64,000 bases of DNA from Takakia lepidozioides (GCA_030704615.1 CM060731.1:45384001-45448000), one strand, 5' to 3'. Positions 1 through 12,129 are shown, numbered from the stretch's first letter. Numbers and translations: made by a program. The notes: generated by a model not told the origin, from the sequence alone.

Positions 1-636
1 TATCAAATGAATGCAGATGAAATACGTCCACAATGGAAGAAGCTGGATTAACCATGATGTAGGTTCATCCATGAACCGAATGATGTTGTTGTTTCTAAAG
101 TTTGCAATTATGCCCGTCTGTAGCTGGCAACGGCAGGCATAGGGCTTTTTCTTCTTCTATTTTTGGAGGAATAGGGACTGAGGCCCTGTCTTTTGCAATA
201 CTATTATTTGAGGTCCATTAGAAGGTTGCAAACCTTCAAACTCACCACCAGCTTTTATTTTTTTGGAAAAAGGAGCAAGCCCTTGAGCTTAATTAGAATT
301 ACCAGCTTCAGTGACAAGTAACACTTCAATGCCAACTTCCCCAATATGAAAAATAATGTAGCAATATAGAAACACAAGTTTGAATAATTTGAGGTGATTA
401 GTCCATAGAATTAATCAATCAGAATATATGATATTAGATGTGAATTAAGTAAGATAATTTAAGAATAGGTAGTGATTACCGCTTTTGTAGGGGAATAACA
501 AATGTGAAAAAGGGGAAAAAATAAAGTTGTTTAGTAAATAAAAAGCTAGTAGGTGCCCTCCTCATGTGTTAGCTTAACATCTACATTAGAAAGAAATGTT
601 AAGTCTTTTCTGATAGGATAACATCTTCTAAAGTTT

Positions 637-800
637 GACCTCCCCAAGGGAGTGTAACTTATGGTGTCACTTCACCACAAGGGCTGCTACCTTCCAGCTG
701 AAAGGTGGACGCCTTCATGACACACCATACCGTGGTTTGAACCCACAACCACATCCAACGTGGTATGTGCCCATTACCACTGGGCTACATGTTGGTTGTC
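637..800 (-). mobile_element. tRNA-derived SINE, copy 1
   Basis: The minus strand has an A-box-like TAGCCCAGTGG and a B-box GGTTCAAACC. Closely similar to 9598-9760. Flanked by the direct repeat AACATCTTCT (620-629 and 801-810), a likely TSD. Confidence 0.85.
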
Positions 801-859
801 AACATCTTCTTACATTGGTGTTAGCTAATGGTTTTGGTGTCAATAAAGCCAATAGCTAT

Positions 860-2330
860 AAGGCTCCAGCAGCTTTTACCTTCTATGATAAGGCCAATGC
901 AAACTGGCCTTATCAAGAAACGTTTGATTTTTGAAAACATTCTTTTAGCAAATGAGGCATTACATTTTGCCTTGGACTCAAACCGGCCCCTAGCCATGCT
1001 AATGCTGATTTCGAAAAGGCCTTTGACAGAATAAATTGGGATTTTTTGTTCAAAGCCATTCTTAAGTCCAGCATCAATGGGGACTTCATGGCTTGGATCA
1101 GAACTTTTCTCTTCTCCAGCTCTAGCAGGGTCTTAACCAATGGTTACCTCTCCAAGTCCTTTCAGCTGCAACGCTGGGTCCGACAGGGATGCCCCCCTTC
1201 TCTTTTTTTATTTCTGATTCCTGCTGATTGCTGGGGTTACCCGCTGGATTCTCAAACGGCCCTGACTGGGGTTGATTATCCCGGTCATGGCGTCCCCCCC
1301 CCCCCATAAATCTAAAAGTCTCTATCTATGCTGATGACTCGAGGATGATTAGTGCTATACTTGGGTAGTAATAATAAGCATAATATTGATTTAGGTTTGC
1401 AATCTCTGAATTCCTTTTATTTGGCTTTTGGCTTTAAAGTCAATTGGGGTAAGTCTGTTGGGATTATTTCCTTAGGTCCCTTATTGACACCGCCACCTTC
1501 CCCCTAGGGTTCTGAATTTGGGTTACGAAGCTGGCGACTCTCATAAATTATTAGGTCATCTCAGTTCAGAGCAGCGCTTTGACCCCATAGTCAACACTCT
1601 TATGAATCGTCTTACTTTCTACTCTTCTTTGCAGCTCTCATTTGTAGGCCGTGCTTTGGTAACAAATCAGGTTTTAAATCAGCGGCTTTGTAGTTTATTG
1701 CTTCTGTTTGGGACCTGGTTTCTCGCTCCTCAGAAGGATCAAAGCATTAATTCGTCATTTTCTCTAGGGAGCTAAAGATGTGAGTAGGGATAAACGGGCC
1801 CTGATCTCTTGGGAACAGCTGATCTGCTGCAAGAAGAAGCTATATGGAGGTTTGGGCATTATGGACCTTGATCGCAAAATTAGAGCTCTCTTAGGCAAAT
1901 GGATTCCTCTAACTTTTCTTCCCTCGGCGGCCCTTGAAAGTTTCTGATTTGGAGACACATCGCTCTCCCGGCCTCTAGTTTGCATTGGGTCCCTAGCATG
2001 CGTTGGCTCGTAAGGAGGAAAGGACAATTATCTCTCTCGAGGCTTCCAGCTTGCCTGGTAGACCATTTGGAAGGCAACTTGGACATTTAATCTTAGAAAT
2101 ATTTTTTACCAAATTCCTCCAAAATCGTGGGATGAGGCAATTAGCTAGACATCCCCTTTTTTTGCAATCTGCAGCTTGATTCTGAGCCCGTGGCCTCTGC
2201 AAGTGCTAGATGGGCTACTTGGGAAACGGGCTGACCTCTGCTTCGTCCGAGATGTGTAGCTTGTCTCGGGGTTTAAGGATCTTTCTCTCTGCGATAGTCC
2301 TTTTCACCACAATAGGCTCTTTGGCTGGAT
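860..2330 (+). mobile_element. Degenerate L1-type LINE reverse transcriptase fragment (5'-truncated)
   Basis: Frameshifted RT motifs: QTGLIKKRLIFENILLANE, (D)FEKAFDRINWDFL, VRQGCPPSLFLF, YADDS (~1327), then GRALVTNQVL and GGLGIMDL typical of plant L1 ORF2. Confidence 0.85.
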
Positions 2331-3419
2331 GGCCGCTCGTCACTTCGGCTATTCACTCTAGATGGTACTCCAACATCCTTTTAGGCGCTGGGCGTGATTA
2401 ATCTTGGCAGACCCCGGCTTGGTGACCGGGCTCCCCGGGCGGGATCCCTTTGTGATGTCATCTTTGTCGTTGTTGTTATCTCACAGGTAGCCTTAGGCCT
2501 AGGATTTATGGCTTCCCCCAATTGCTCTCTCCTTTGCATCAGGAGTTTTCTTGCAATGCTTCCGGTACATTCGTTGTGTGTAGAGAGGTTGGGGGGGGGG
2601 GGGGAGGGTGCGTATTATAACTTTGGATGGTGCTATTAACCCGTGCTATGCAGAAGCATGGCCACTCTAATTACAATGGGATTTTATCTATTTTATGATT
2701 CCTCATGATATGCCTTTTGTCTCAACTCCCCTAGGATTCAGGAGAATGGTGGTGGTGTTTACATGACACTTCGAAATCCTTAAATTTCTCTTATTCTGCA
2801 ATTTAGCTAGGTTACAAAACCCCAATGGCAATTGAGGCCAAACTAGTTTTGGGAAATTATTGGGCACGTGGCTGTGGATAGGTCTGGAGACACATTTGGA
2901 AATGTACTTGGCTGAAGCAACGGGCAGCGAAACACTCTGTCTTCCTCTAGAAGCTATGTAACAGAATTCTCCCTTTTTCTTTCTTTTAATCTTTCCCGGA
3001 TAATCTCTGTACCTCTTGTGCTGAACAAAGGGAAAAGACAACCCAAACCCACTTTTATATGGACTAGTTACTATAGGAATTGAGAGCTATGGACTATTTT
3101 ACACCTTAAAAACAAATTGTCCATAGCATATTATATTTTGGGTTTTGGGGGTGTCATCTTTTACCAAAAGGCATACAAATCTATAATCTACAATGGCCAC
3201 GTGGTATCTAGACAAGTGGTTGTAAACTCTACATTTTGACGTCAGATTAAAATATTTAATAAATAACGTCTTCAATATCTGGGGGGACTTTTTACTACTA
3301 TCTATTTTTTTTTAAATAAACTAACAAAATTGGCTTAAGAAATATTTTTCTCTATGGACTCAACATCTGTCATTTTTGGTCCACCCATTCGTGCAAATGC
3401 CCTCAGTAGATGCCCTAGT

Positions 3420-6400
3420 CTTTCTCAATGATTCCAGTTCCACTGCCTTCTATTTCTCAGCTTCAATTTCTCAAGCTCATACGCCTTCATCCTTTCATAC
3501 TCAAGATTTTTTCCTCCTCAGCAGCTTTTAGTCTAGCTTCTTTAAGAATTATCTTTTTCTCATGTTCAATTGCCTTCAAACGTTCTACTCCATTACATCT
3601 TTTCTTATTTCCAAAGCCTTCATTCTCTTCGCTTCGATTAATGCCTTCTACTTTTTCTTTTCAGCCTCAGCAACAAAACGTAAAGCTTCATACTCAAACT
3701 CAGCGTCAGCTGACATCAGGTTGTAATAACACTATAGGAAAAGGGGGGTTGCGACGCCTACCTCCCCATGACGCCTCTCCCGTGCGACGCCCTGGGCATC
3801 GCAAAAATACTACCAAAATCCACTTTATGTGGATTTTGGCCAAGTCCTTTATTGCGACACCTCAGGCGTCGCAATGGACAATTTTTAAAAAAAAAAACGT
3901 CGCAGCCCAGCTGCGACACTCCGGAAGTCGCATAAAGCAAAAATAAAAATAAAAATAAAAATAAAACCATGCATTTTAATCCGACGCCTGGGCGTCGCAA
4001 ACGTCGCATCAAATACCCCAGGAGAGGGAAAAAAAATTAAAAATTAAAAATTAAAAAAAACCAAAAACAAAACATTGCATTTTCGAATGCGGCGCCCAAG
4101 ATGTCGCATTTGAGTTTTCTTTTTGTTGATAACTTATTTTGCGACGCCCGAAGTGTCGCAACTGGGAATTTTCAGTGGGTTGGATTTGCGACCCCCATGA
4201 CGTCACATTAAGTCTTACATTTGCGACGGCCCCATAGCGACACATCTGTGATTTGTGATTTTCGCGGGGCCGGAAAATCACCCCCTAAAATGGTGTAGTG
4301 TAATCTGATGTACTATTAGGGGCACACAAAGCATCATCTATCAGTTGATGAATAGAGACCCCAGTTGACTGATTCATAGGATTCACATGAACTTCACGTA
4401 AAGGAGATCGAGAACCAGTCGATATAGGTTGTTTACCACAACCGGATATTGAATGCATAGGTCGTTCCCGAATTGGAACATGGGACTGGACCACTCCACG
4501 TCCAACTGTTTGCTTGAGCAAGCTGAGAAGGTAGAACGTTCTCAGTACCATCAGATACCATAACGAGCGAGCTTGACGATTAGGCACCAAGCTCTTTGGT
4601 TGCACAACCAATAGGAACATCAACTGGTCCATCTTCACGACTCGTAGGATGACACTAGCCATCATGATTACTCCGAACAGCTCCACTACCCAATGAAGAA
4701 CCCATAGCTTTAACAACAACCGACTTATGCAACACTAAATTAAATTGACAATAGCTGCGGATCCAATTATTGGTGGCCACAAAAAATCTGAAGAAACCTC
4801 CAAAGCTACAAGCGACATGCATGGAAGAATGTTCCCATTGGCTGCCATTTCTTGAAGATGGGCTCACATTGCTGGGATCTCCTTACCATTTCAAAGCTTC
4901 AACTGTTCTCGATAATGAAACTCGAAATCTAGTAAATGTCCAGTCTCTTCATTGTAGGGTCTCCGTAGTACGGCCTAAGCAGAAAAATGCTTAATGAAAA
5001 GGCTTCTGTCGTACCTTGCAAGTCTTCAAATTCCCGTGTCATGTGGTCAAAGCAATTATTTCTTCAGAATTTTGGGCAATCGCCTGCATCCTGATGATTG
5101 AGGTCACCCTTCCAGATTTGTTTGTAATATCCTTCGTTATCCCCACAGATCAAGCCATTTGCCGCATCCAATCTCTCATTATACCCTCTCCACAATTGAT
5201 TCCCTTTTAAACTAAAAATGATCACGAGAATTATATTTGCAGCTCAAGAACAAGTGTCCGTTCTCGCTGCCAGGTGGCATTTAACTCAGCAGAATCGAAT
5301 ATGTCCGTAGAACGTCCGGATCGTAACAATAATACAGGACAACGCATCTGCTCATTCTGAAAACATTTCACTGACACTTCATAGTTCTTCGACGTCGTCT
5401 CATCGTATCTGCAAACAAGAGACACAAATAGTATTTAAATATTATAACCAGAAACACAAGAACCAACATACACAAAAATGGATATGATACATTTGCAACA
5501 GATACAAAAACAGGTAAGGTATATACCGCAAAAAAGCCTCTGCTCAACGACAACCTGTCTGTTGCTGCATAAATGCAAGCAGGAGAAAAAGCGCGCGAAG
5601 ACAAATTAAACTACCACAAATGAAACAATAAAACGCCATTCGCTTTTGAACACTTCTGGTGTAATTTGCTTGGTTCTTAGGACAGTCTAAAATCAACTGC
5701 TCCTCCTCATAAGTGATGCCCTCAACTTTTCGCCTCTCAACATTAGCACTAGCGTCTCTACTCATCTCCATGGCCTTGTTAACGGCACAAGTCGTTTTTA
5801 TAAAAACGGATGCTCATTGATTTTAAATCTTGGCTCATGAACACCAATACGACACACCCGATTCTCCTGTTCCCGAATAGTCATCCTGTTGAAGTGCATA
5901 TAGATATTCATGAGGGATGAAGTATGGTAACATGATCCATCTTTCTTACAGACCATCCCAAAGAACACACTAAGTAGGCCAACAAGCTCTAAGAAATGAA
6001 GCTCTTCAACAGACTTCTCAACAGAGTATCCCATCATAATCCTCCACTTCTGAAATTTATTCTTGCCCACTTTTCGTTTTTCTCACTGGGATTAGTATAA
6101 TGCTTCAAGAGCTTATTCAACTCCTCAACATTGAAGGGAAGAAAGCCAAGAGAAATCACATCACTTCCACTATGAACAACTAAATCACTTTGACCAGATA
6201 TAGTTCCACTGACTAGAACCAATGTCTCCGTTGATCCAATGACCATCTCACTCTCAGCAATTTGCTGAGTCTGAGCATGATCACTCGACATAGCAACTTG
6301 CTCCACATTACACAAACAACCTGCTCCTCATCAATATGATTCACAACTGGCTCTATATGATGAACCTCCTCTTCAATTTGATCGGCAGCAGGTAGTACTG

Positions 6401-6480
6401 TCGATTCTGCACATTGACAGTGGCAAGACAAACCCATTGGTACCTCAAAATTTTCAAGATGGACACCTCAATACTGACAT
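3420..6480 (-). mobile_element. Crypton-like (DUF3504-type) tyrosine recombinase pseudogene; core ~5000-6070, interrupted downstream by the CACTA element
   Basis: Minus-strand translation: LSVFFGMVCKKDGSCY..SSLMN; ITYEEEQLIL..VQKRMAFYC; probable intron ~5410-5525; YDETTSKNY; GIMRDWMRQMA*SVGITKDITNKSGRVTSIIRM (5108-5125); T*H (TGH, 5036-5041); frameshifted ARYDR with Tyr at 5011-5013. A Lys/Glu-rich coiled-coil relic lies at ~3430-3700. Element ends not identified. Confidence 0.7.
3730..4300. mobile_element. Non-autonomous CACTA (En/Spm) element, 571 bp
   Basis: Starts CACTA (3730) and ends TAGTG (4300). 3-bp TSD TAA at 3727-3729 and 4301-4303. About ten subterminal GCGACGCC/GGCGTCGC-type motifs in both orientations; A/T-run-rich core. 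Confidence 0.9.
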
Positions 6481-6489
6481 AAGTATTTG

Positions 6490-9400
6490 TCGTGTTGTAA
6501 GTTTATCATCTTCAAGTGCGGAGAGAACATGTTGTATTTGTCATGTTGTACTACGTGTAGCTCGGAATCCTTCTTGGGGGTCACTGATAATTTGGTGTTG
6601 CTCGCCATATCTTGATAGCATTGTGGTGAGCGTACTGGTGAATAGCTTGTATATGGTGTTGGCCAGTGCTATGGGTCTGTAATTACTGAGATCTGTAGGA
6701 TCACCTTTTCTGAAGAGTAGAATGGTCCGGCTGTGTTTTCAGGAGTGTGGGATTCGTTTTAATTTGTAACAGAGTTGAAAGAATTTAAAAAGGAGGTAGT
6801 GAAGTTGAGGGTTTAATGCTTGAAGTATAGCATTGGGTATAAGATTGGGGCCCGAGGCTTTAGATTTTGATAGTGTTTTTAGACATGATTCGTAAAGATC
6901 AATTGTGAATAGGTCTATGATGCGATCCGTTGGGGATCCTCTATTGTCAATCGAAAAGCCATCTGTATCGTGCCACGGATAGTGTTTAGCTTTACACATG
7001 CAATTGGCAAAGTGGAGACAAGGATGTAAGCAGTTTGCAACTGCAGGTGTGTATGTTGAGGATGTTTGTGACCATATTTCTTGGTTGATATCCGTTGGAT
7101 TGGTTAGCAAGTGGCCGTGTCTCTGTTTGAGACAGTCAATGGGTGGGTTGAGGGCAGGGTTAAAGATGGCTTTGTGAGTTTTTTTGGGGTGGTCGCGTAG
7201 CAATTGGTTAAAAGAGGAGACAAATTTTTTGTGATTGTCGACGGCTTTTTGTTTGGTAATATTGTAAGCGGCTTTTTTGGCATCTTTGCCAACTTTGGAG
7301 AGAGCAACTGTCCATTTTGGAGTATCTTGAAGATTGGCAGGTGGTGGCATTAGTACTTGACACGTTGTTAAGGTATTTAGGCAAGTGATACGTGGATCCG
7401 ATGTCCAATTATTCCCCTGGTGAATGGGGGTAGTGGTGGGTATAATAGCGATGGCACGCCTGATCGTGTGGTATGTATTAAGATGTGATGTCCATATATG
7501 TTTTTGAGTACGGGTAAGGTAGCCACCATTTTGTTTTGAGCGTGCAGTTTGTGGGATTTCAGGGGGGGCAGAGCAGGTGGCAATCACACTTTTGGTCATT
7601 TCTTGCATTGAAGTTGTGAGTATGGTCTCGGCGTCGTTCCATGCTTTGTCAGGGGACTGTGCGAGGTTTGCTTCGGAGAGTATATCGGAGAGTCTTAGCA
7701 TGAGGTGTACGGATGTTGGCTGGAAGTGTTTTAGAAAGACGATTATGTTATTGTGGGGAAGTGGGGATAAGATTCTAGATTGCGGCGGTGGAACATGTAT
7801 GGGTGGGTTAGGTCGAAAGGGGATGATGGATGCTGGGATGGTGACTGAGACGGGATAATGGTCTGAGTTGTATAAACTATTAATGTGTACTGAGTGTTGA
7901 GGTATGAGGGATGTCATTTTGTGTCTTGAAGTAGAAACCATCAAGAAGACTGAGGGATGAGTAGTTAAGTCCACCTTGTCTGGAGTAATGGTGATCGGCC
8001 GGTATATAACGGAGGTGGTGTGAGTGAGTAAATTTTGCCCATTCATGGTTAACGGGGGATGGAGGTTTGTGAACACCATTGTATGTGTGGCTCATGAGGG
8101 CAATGTCCGTGTTGAAATCGTCTGCTAGGATGTAGTGTTGGGATTGGTTGGAGGGTTGTGTGAGTGTGTTAGAGATGGTGAGTAGGATATCAGGGATCAG
8201 GGGGAGATCTTCGGCATGTGAGGGCATGTACAAGTGGATAAAGATAATGGGAGGGATAGCGGGAAGGTGTAACTTGATGATTTAAAGGTGTGATCGGAGG
8301 GAGAGAGCAACACGTATTTTGACCGTGGTGCTAGGGGAGTGATGTGTGCGAAATATACCAAAAGCCACTCCGCCCCGAGTGGGATAATATGGCACGGAGC
8401 GTCTAAGTAGGCATTGTGCGGCTGTGAAGGAACTGCCATATAGCAAATAGTAGGCTGGAAGGAGATTGTTGATGTAGGAGCTGTTAGGGCCGTTTGTGTT
8501 GAGTTTAGTTTCTTGTAATAGAATGATATGCGGAGATGTAGAGTCCATTAGATGGATAAGGCTTTGAATGCTGGTAAATAAGTGACCCTACATTCTAGGT
8601 GAGTATGTTGAGTGCGTGTGCTTGCTGGGAAGAGGGGGCGTGTGGGGGACTGTGGGTCTAGGGGGTGTTGGGGGTGGGTCATTGGTGTGGCTGGGCAAGC
8701 AAGGTGTGATGACTGGTGGCGGTATCATGGGAGGGGGTTGATATCCAGGGATGCCTATCTTGGCATGGAGGGTTGTAGTGAGAATATTTTTGGAGAGGAA
8801 TGGGAATTTGTTGGTGAGAGTATCTAGCTCTTGTATGGTAGCAGCTGGGTGCACTAGGTGTTCGCCAAGAATCTTGTGAACTACTCCGGGCTTGGCTTGT
8901 AGTAGGTCAAGGGATTCGTGGAGATGCGTAGGTAGTGTGGGGGTGCTAGGTATCTGTGAGGTAGTGTGGGTAGCTCATGCAATTGGTGTAGTAGCAAACG
9001 TATGTGTATGTCTGGTTGGGTTCTAAAGTAGTCATTGCATATTGAGGGGATTGGAGAGATGACAACTATTTATGGGTGGCCGTGACTAGGGATGAGTGTT
9101 CGCAGGTAGGGAGCCCAAAGGTGGCAATTGGGTGCGTGGGTTTACGGTTATTGGTAGGAGGGTTAGGGAGAAAGGGAGAGAAGTGGTCACTAAGGTGTTG
9201 ATATGCAGGCACGAGCATGACAGTGTCTGTTTGGAAGTATAATTCATATCTGTCTTTATGATCCTTTGGAATCTTGTTGATGATGCTAGTGATGGTATAG
9301 GGGTCTGGGTTTGGGTGAATGTCGCCGCAGCGAAGTAGTGTAAGCGTTTCATAGGCAAGTAGATAGGACTTAAAGTGGGATGGTGGATGGTGAGAGGAGT

Positions 9401-9860
9401 GTTTGGATGCAAGGGGTCTCTGGTGATATCGTCCATGTGGGCAGTGGGTTATAAGTTGGATTTTGGGGGGGTGAGGGGTGGGGTGCATGGGGGGTGGTTG
9501 TGGAAAAAGTGTATGAGGGGGATAGAGTTGGTGTTGGCATAGTGGGTACTAGTGGAGCTAGTTGCTTGTGTGGCTAGGAGGTAGATATATATATATAGAC
9601 CTCCCGGAGGGAGCCTAAATTATGGTGTCTCTTCACCACAAGGGCTACTGGCTTCAAGCTGAAAGGTGGACACCTTCATGACACACTAGACCGTGGTTTG
9701 AACCCACAACCACATCCAATGTGGTATGTGCCCATTACCAATGGGCTACACGCCGGTTGTTGCTAGAAGGTATGGAGTATGGAGGTATGTGGGAGTGTTG
9801 GGCGGGTATTTAACTAGGGCTTCGCGTTGCTCCGCACTATTAGTGACGACTTCTCCAAAC
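6490..9860 (-). mobile_element. APE-RT non-LTR retrotransposon (RTE/RTEX-like), degenerate, 3' part missing
   Basis: APE motifs IILLQETK, RGGVAFGI, YILADDFNTD, LDGFY, SDHYPV. RT start KASGPNLIPN, then KGDPTDLSNYRPIALANTIYKLF and PQEGFR, breaking off near 6490. N-terminal 2A-like LLRCGDIHPNPDP. Confidence 0.88.
9598..9760 (-). mobile_element. tRNA-derived SINE, copy 2, nested in the LINE 5' region
   Basis: A-box TAGCCCATTGG and B-box GGTTCAAACC on the minus strand; (TA)n tail at ~9584-9597; TSD GCTAG(G/A)AGGTA at 9573-9583 and 9762-9772. Confidence 0.88.
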
Positions 9861-10399
9861 AACCTCCGGATAGATGGGCTATATTCAAGTTTTATGAGAG
9901 AGACTACGCATCAAGTTGAAGTCAAGGGAGAAAATGTGATCAAAAGACCTTACACCATGTCAAGCCTCCGATTGATGTGTTGTGCTGATTCGTGCTCCAT
10001 AGTTTTCCCTTCCTCTTTATTTTTTGCCAAAGCAAGAGAGTCCATTGCAATTTGAGGCTTGTTTCATTTGATATTAATTTAACCGGTGTAATGATTCTGG
10101 CTCATTTTGGTACAATAAGTAGATGGATTATGATTGTTGTTTATCTGATATCTTTTTCATCTTATTTTCAATTGGTTTTAATTTTTATTTAATGTCACGT
10201 TTTCATGGAAAAGCTTGGTTTCTTTTTTTTTAATGCATACCAGGGTAGCTTGTGCCGTTGGCCCAAGTGTGTCATCTAAGCCCAAGTGCAATCTCCTATG
10301 TATGCAAGTGCTTATCGCCTATGTTGACCTCTAGGGTAGCCTGTGCCGTTGGCCCAAGTGTCCAATGTCATCTAAGTCATCTAAGTCTAATCATTATTT

Positions 10400-10490
10400 T
10401 TCCACAGAGCCTACGACCAGATTTGAACCGAAGACCTTTTCCTTGATATCTCTCCTGTCGAGGCTCCAACCATTGTCCCATGAAAGCCCA
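10400..10490 (-). repeat. Possible second tRNA-derived SINE head
   Basis: The minus strand has TGGGACAATGG and the B-box-like GGTTCAAATC; no TSD identified. An imperfect duplication lies next to it (10242-10270 vs 10333-10361). Confidence 0.35.
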
Positions 10491-10922
10491 CTTTGCTATT
10501 TATCCCGAATTTCCAACTACCCAAAGTACTTGAAATTCCACATCTCCCACACTGCATGTCCAAAAATCCTGAGACCAACCCCTTCTGGTCGAGGGATTTC
10601 CAATGGTATGCTTGGGCCTCGCGGTTGGGAACATCTCAAATCTACAAAACAAACAAAACAAACAAAACAAAACAAAACAAACGTCTTGCTTCATATATTG
10701 ATCATTCCGGTGGCAGTGTCGACAAGGGCATTTTTCCAAATTAATATATGATGCAATTTGAGCGTAAAGAATTTCCAAAAACATCCGTGGGCTTATTTCG
10801 TGGAATATAGTGCCACGTTGCCACGTTACTCCTTGCCAGCCTGGCAAGGCACTTTTTTTTTCGAAAATTCTTTAGTACGCTGGGGAAGCAACCCACGCAC
10901 GTTGCTTACCCTACACTTGGAA

Positions 10923-12042
10923 CATGTCAGCATGGATCCACTTGGCCCTTTCCAGGGCTCCTAGGCTGGCACACGCATTGAGAAGACTGATGAATGTAAC
11001 CTTGTCAGCCATCACTCAGTCCCTTTGCATTTGCTCATAGATTTTGAGGGCCTCTTCACCATGACCACACTACAAGCACATCCTGCGACCATTGCACTCC
11101 ATGACACCACATCAGATTATCCATTTTGTCAAACACTTAATGTGCCTCTTTCACACTCAAGCATTTGGCATACATATGGACTAGGGTAGTCTCCAAATTA
11201 TTATATGACACAATTCCAGCTTCCTTGATGTCAGCATGGATCTACTTCCCTTTTTCCAGTGCTCCTAAGCTAGCACAGGCATCGACAATCGTAGTATGAG
11301 TGACTCTGTCAGGCATCACCCCTTCCGGTTGTATTTGCTCGTAGATTTTGAGAGCCTCTTCGCCATGTCCAAGCTGAGCATACCCTATGATCACGGCACT
11401 CCATGAGACCACACCGTGCTTAGACCTTCTGTCAAACACTTCACGCACATCCTTCACACTCCCGCAACTGGCATACATGTGGACAAGATCGGTGTCCAAA
11501 ATATTGTCCGACTGAATTCCAGTTTTGATGATGTCAGCATGGATTCCCCTGCCACTTTCCAGGGCTCCTTGGCTGACACATGCATTAAGGACGGTAGTGT
11601 ATGTGACCTTGTCAGGTGTCACCCCTTCCTCTTGCATTAGGCCATACATTGTGAGAGCCTCCTGAGCATACCCATGTTTGACATATCAGGTCATGATTAT
11701 AGTCCACATGAATATATTCCGTTTAGGCATTTTGTCAAAAATATGTTGTGCATCCATCATGCTCCCCCACTTGGCAGACAGGTTGAGAAGTCACTTTGTA
11801 TGATATGGGCATGCACCCGCTTACCCTCTGCCAGGGCTTCCATTTTGATGCAACCTTGCAAGAGATAGACATAGACAGACATAAGTATTGGAGTCTGCCT
11901 GAACACCCTGTTTGTCCAAAATATGCAGTGCCGCTTTCAGTCTGCCTTCCTTAGATAGTTCCATCAGGTCCCTACAGGTGACAGCTGAGATCTGGTTGAC
12001 ACTTGACACCCTCTCTTGGTCCCTTTCTGAAATAGTAGCCAT
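10923..12042 (-). pseudogene. PLS-class PPR pseudogene (N-terminal half only)
   Basis: P/L/S repeats (GVTPDKVTY..LNAC; LVHMYASCGSVKD; VVSWSAVIIGYAQ) broken by stops and frameshifts; no E or DYW domain. Confidence 0.88.
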
Positions 12043-12129
12043 AGTTTCACACAAGCCTAGACCTTAGACTAGACTGCAACCACAAAGACAGCTCCCAAGA
12101 AGTGGTACAACTTGAACAGAACTTTCAAG

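Noticed and set aside
3428-3946. 172-aa + strand ORF (likewise 34570..35226, 59047..59628, 25556..25894)
   Set aside because: Antisense or UTR/TE-spanning frames with no recognisable domain.
9690-9760. Functional tRNA gene
   Set aside because: A/B boxes are present but there is no proper cloverleaf; it is embedded in a repeated unit with a tail and TSDs.
10536-10580. snRNA/telomerase-RNA promoter (USE-like TCCCACATC)
   Set aside because: No TATA box at the expected spacing and no recognisable RNA downstream.
10880-10912. Helitron 3' hairpin (AAGCAAC..GTTGCTT) capturing a PPR fragment
   Set aside because: The hairpin is real, but no CTRR|T terminus or 5' TC end could be placed.
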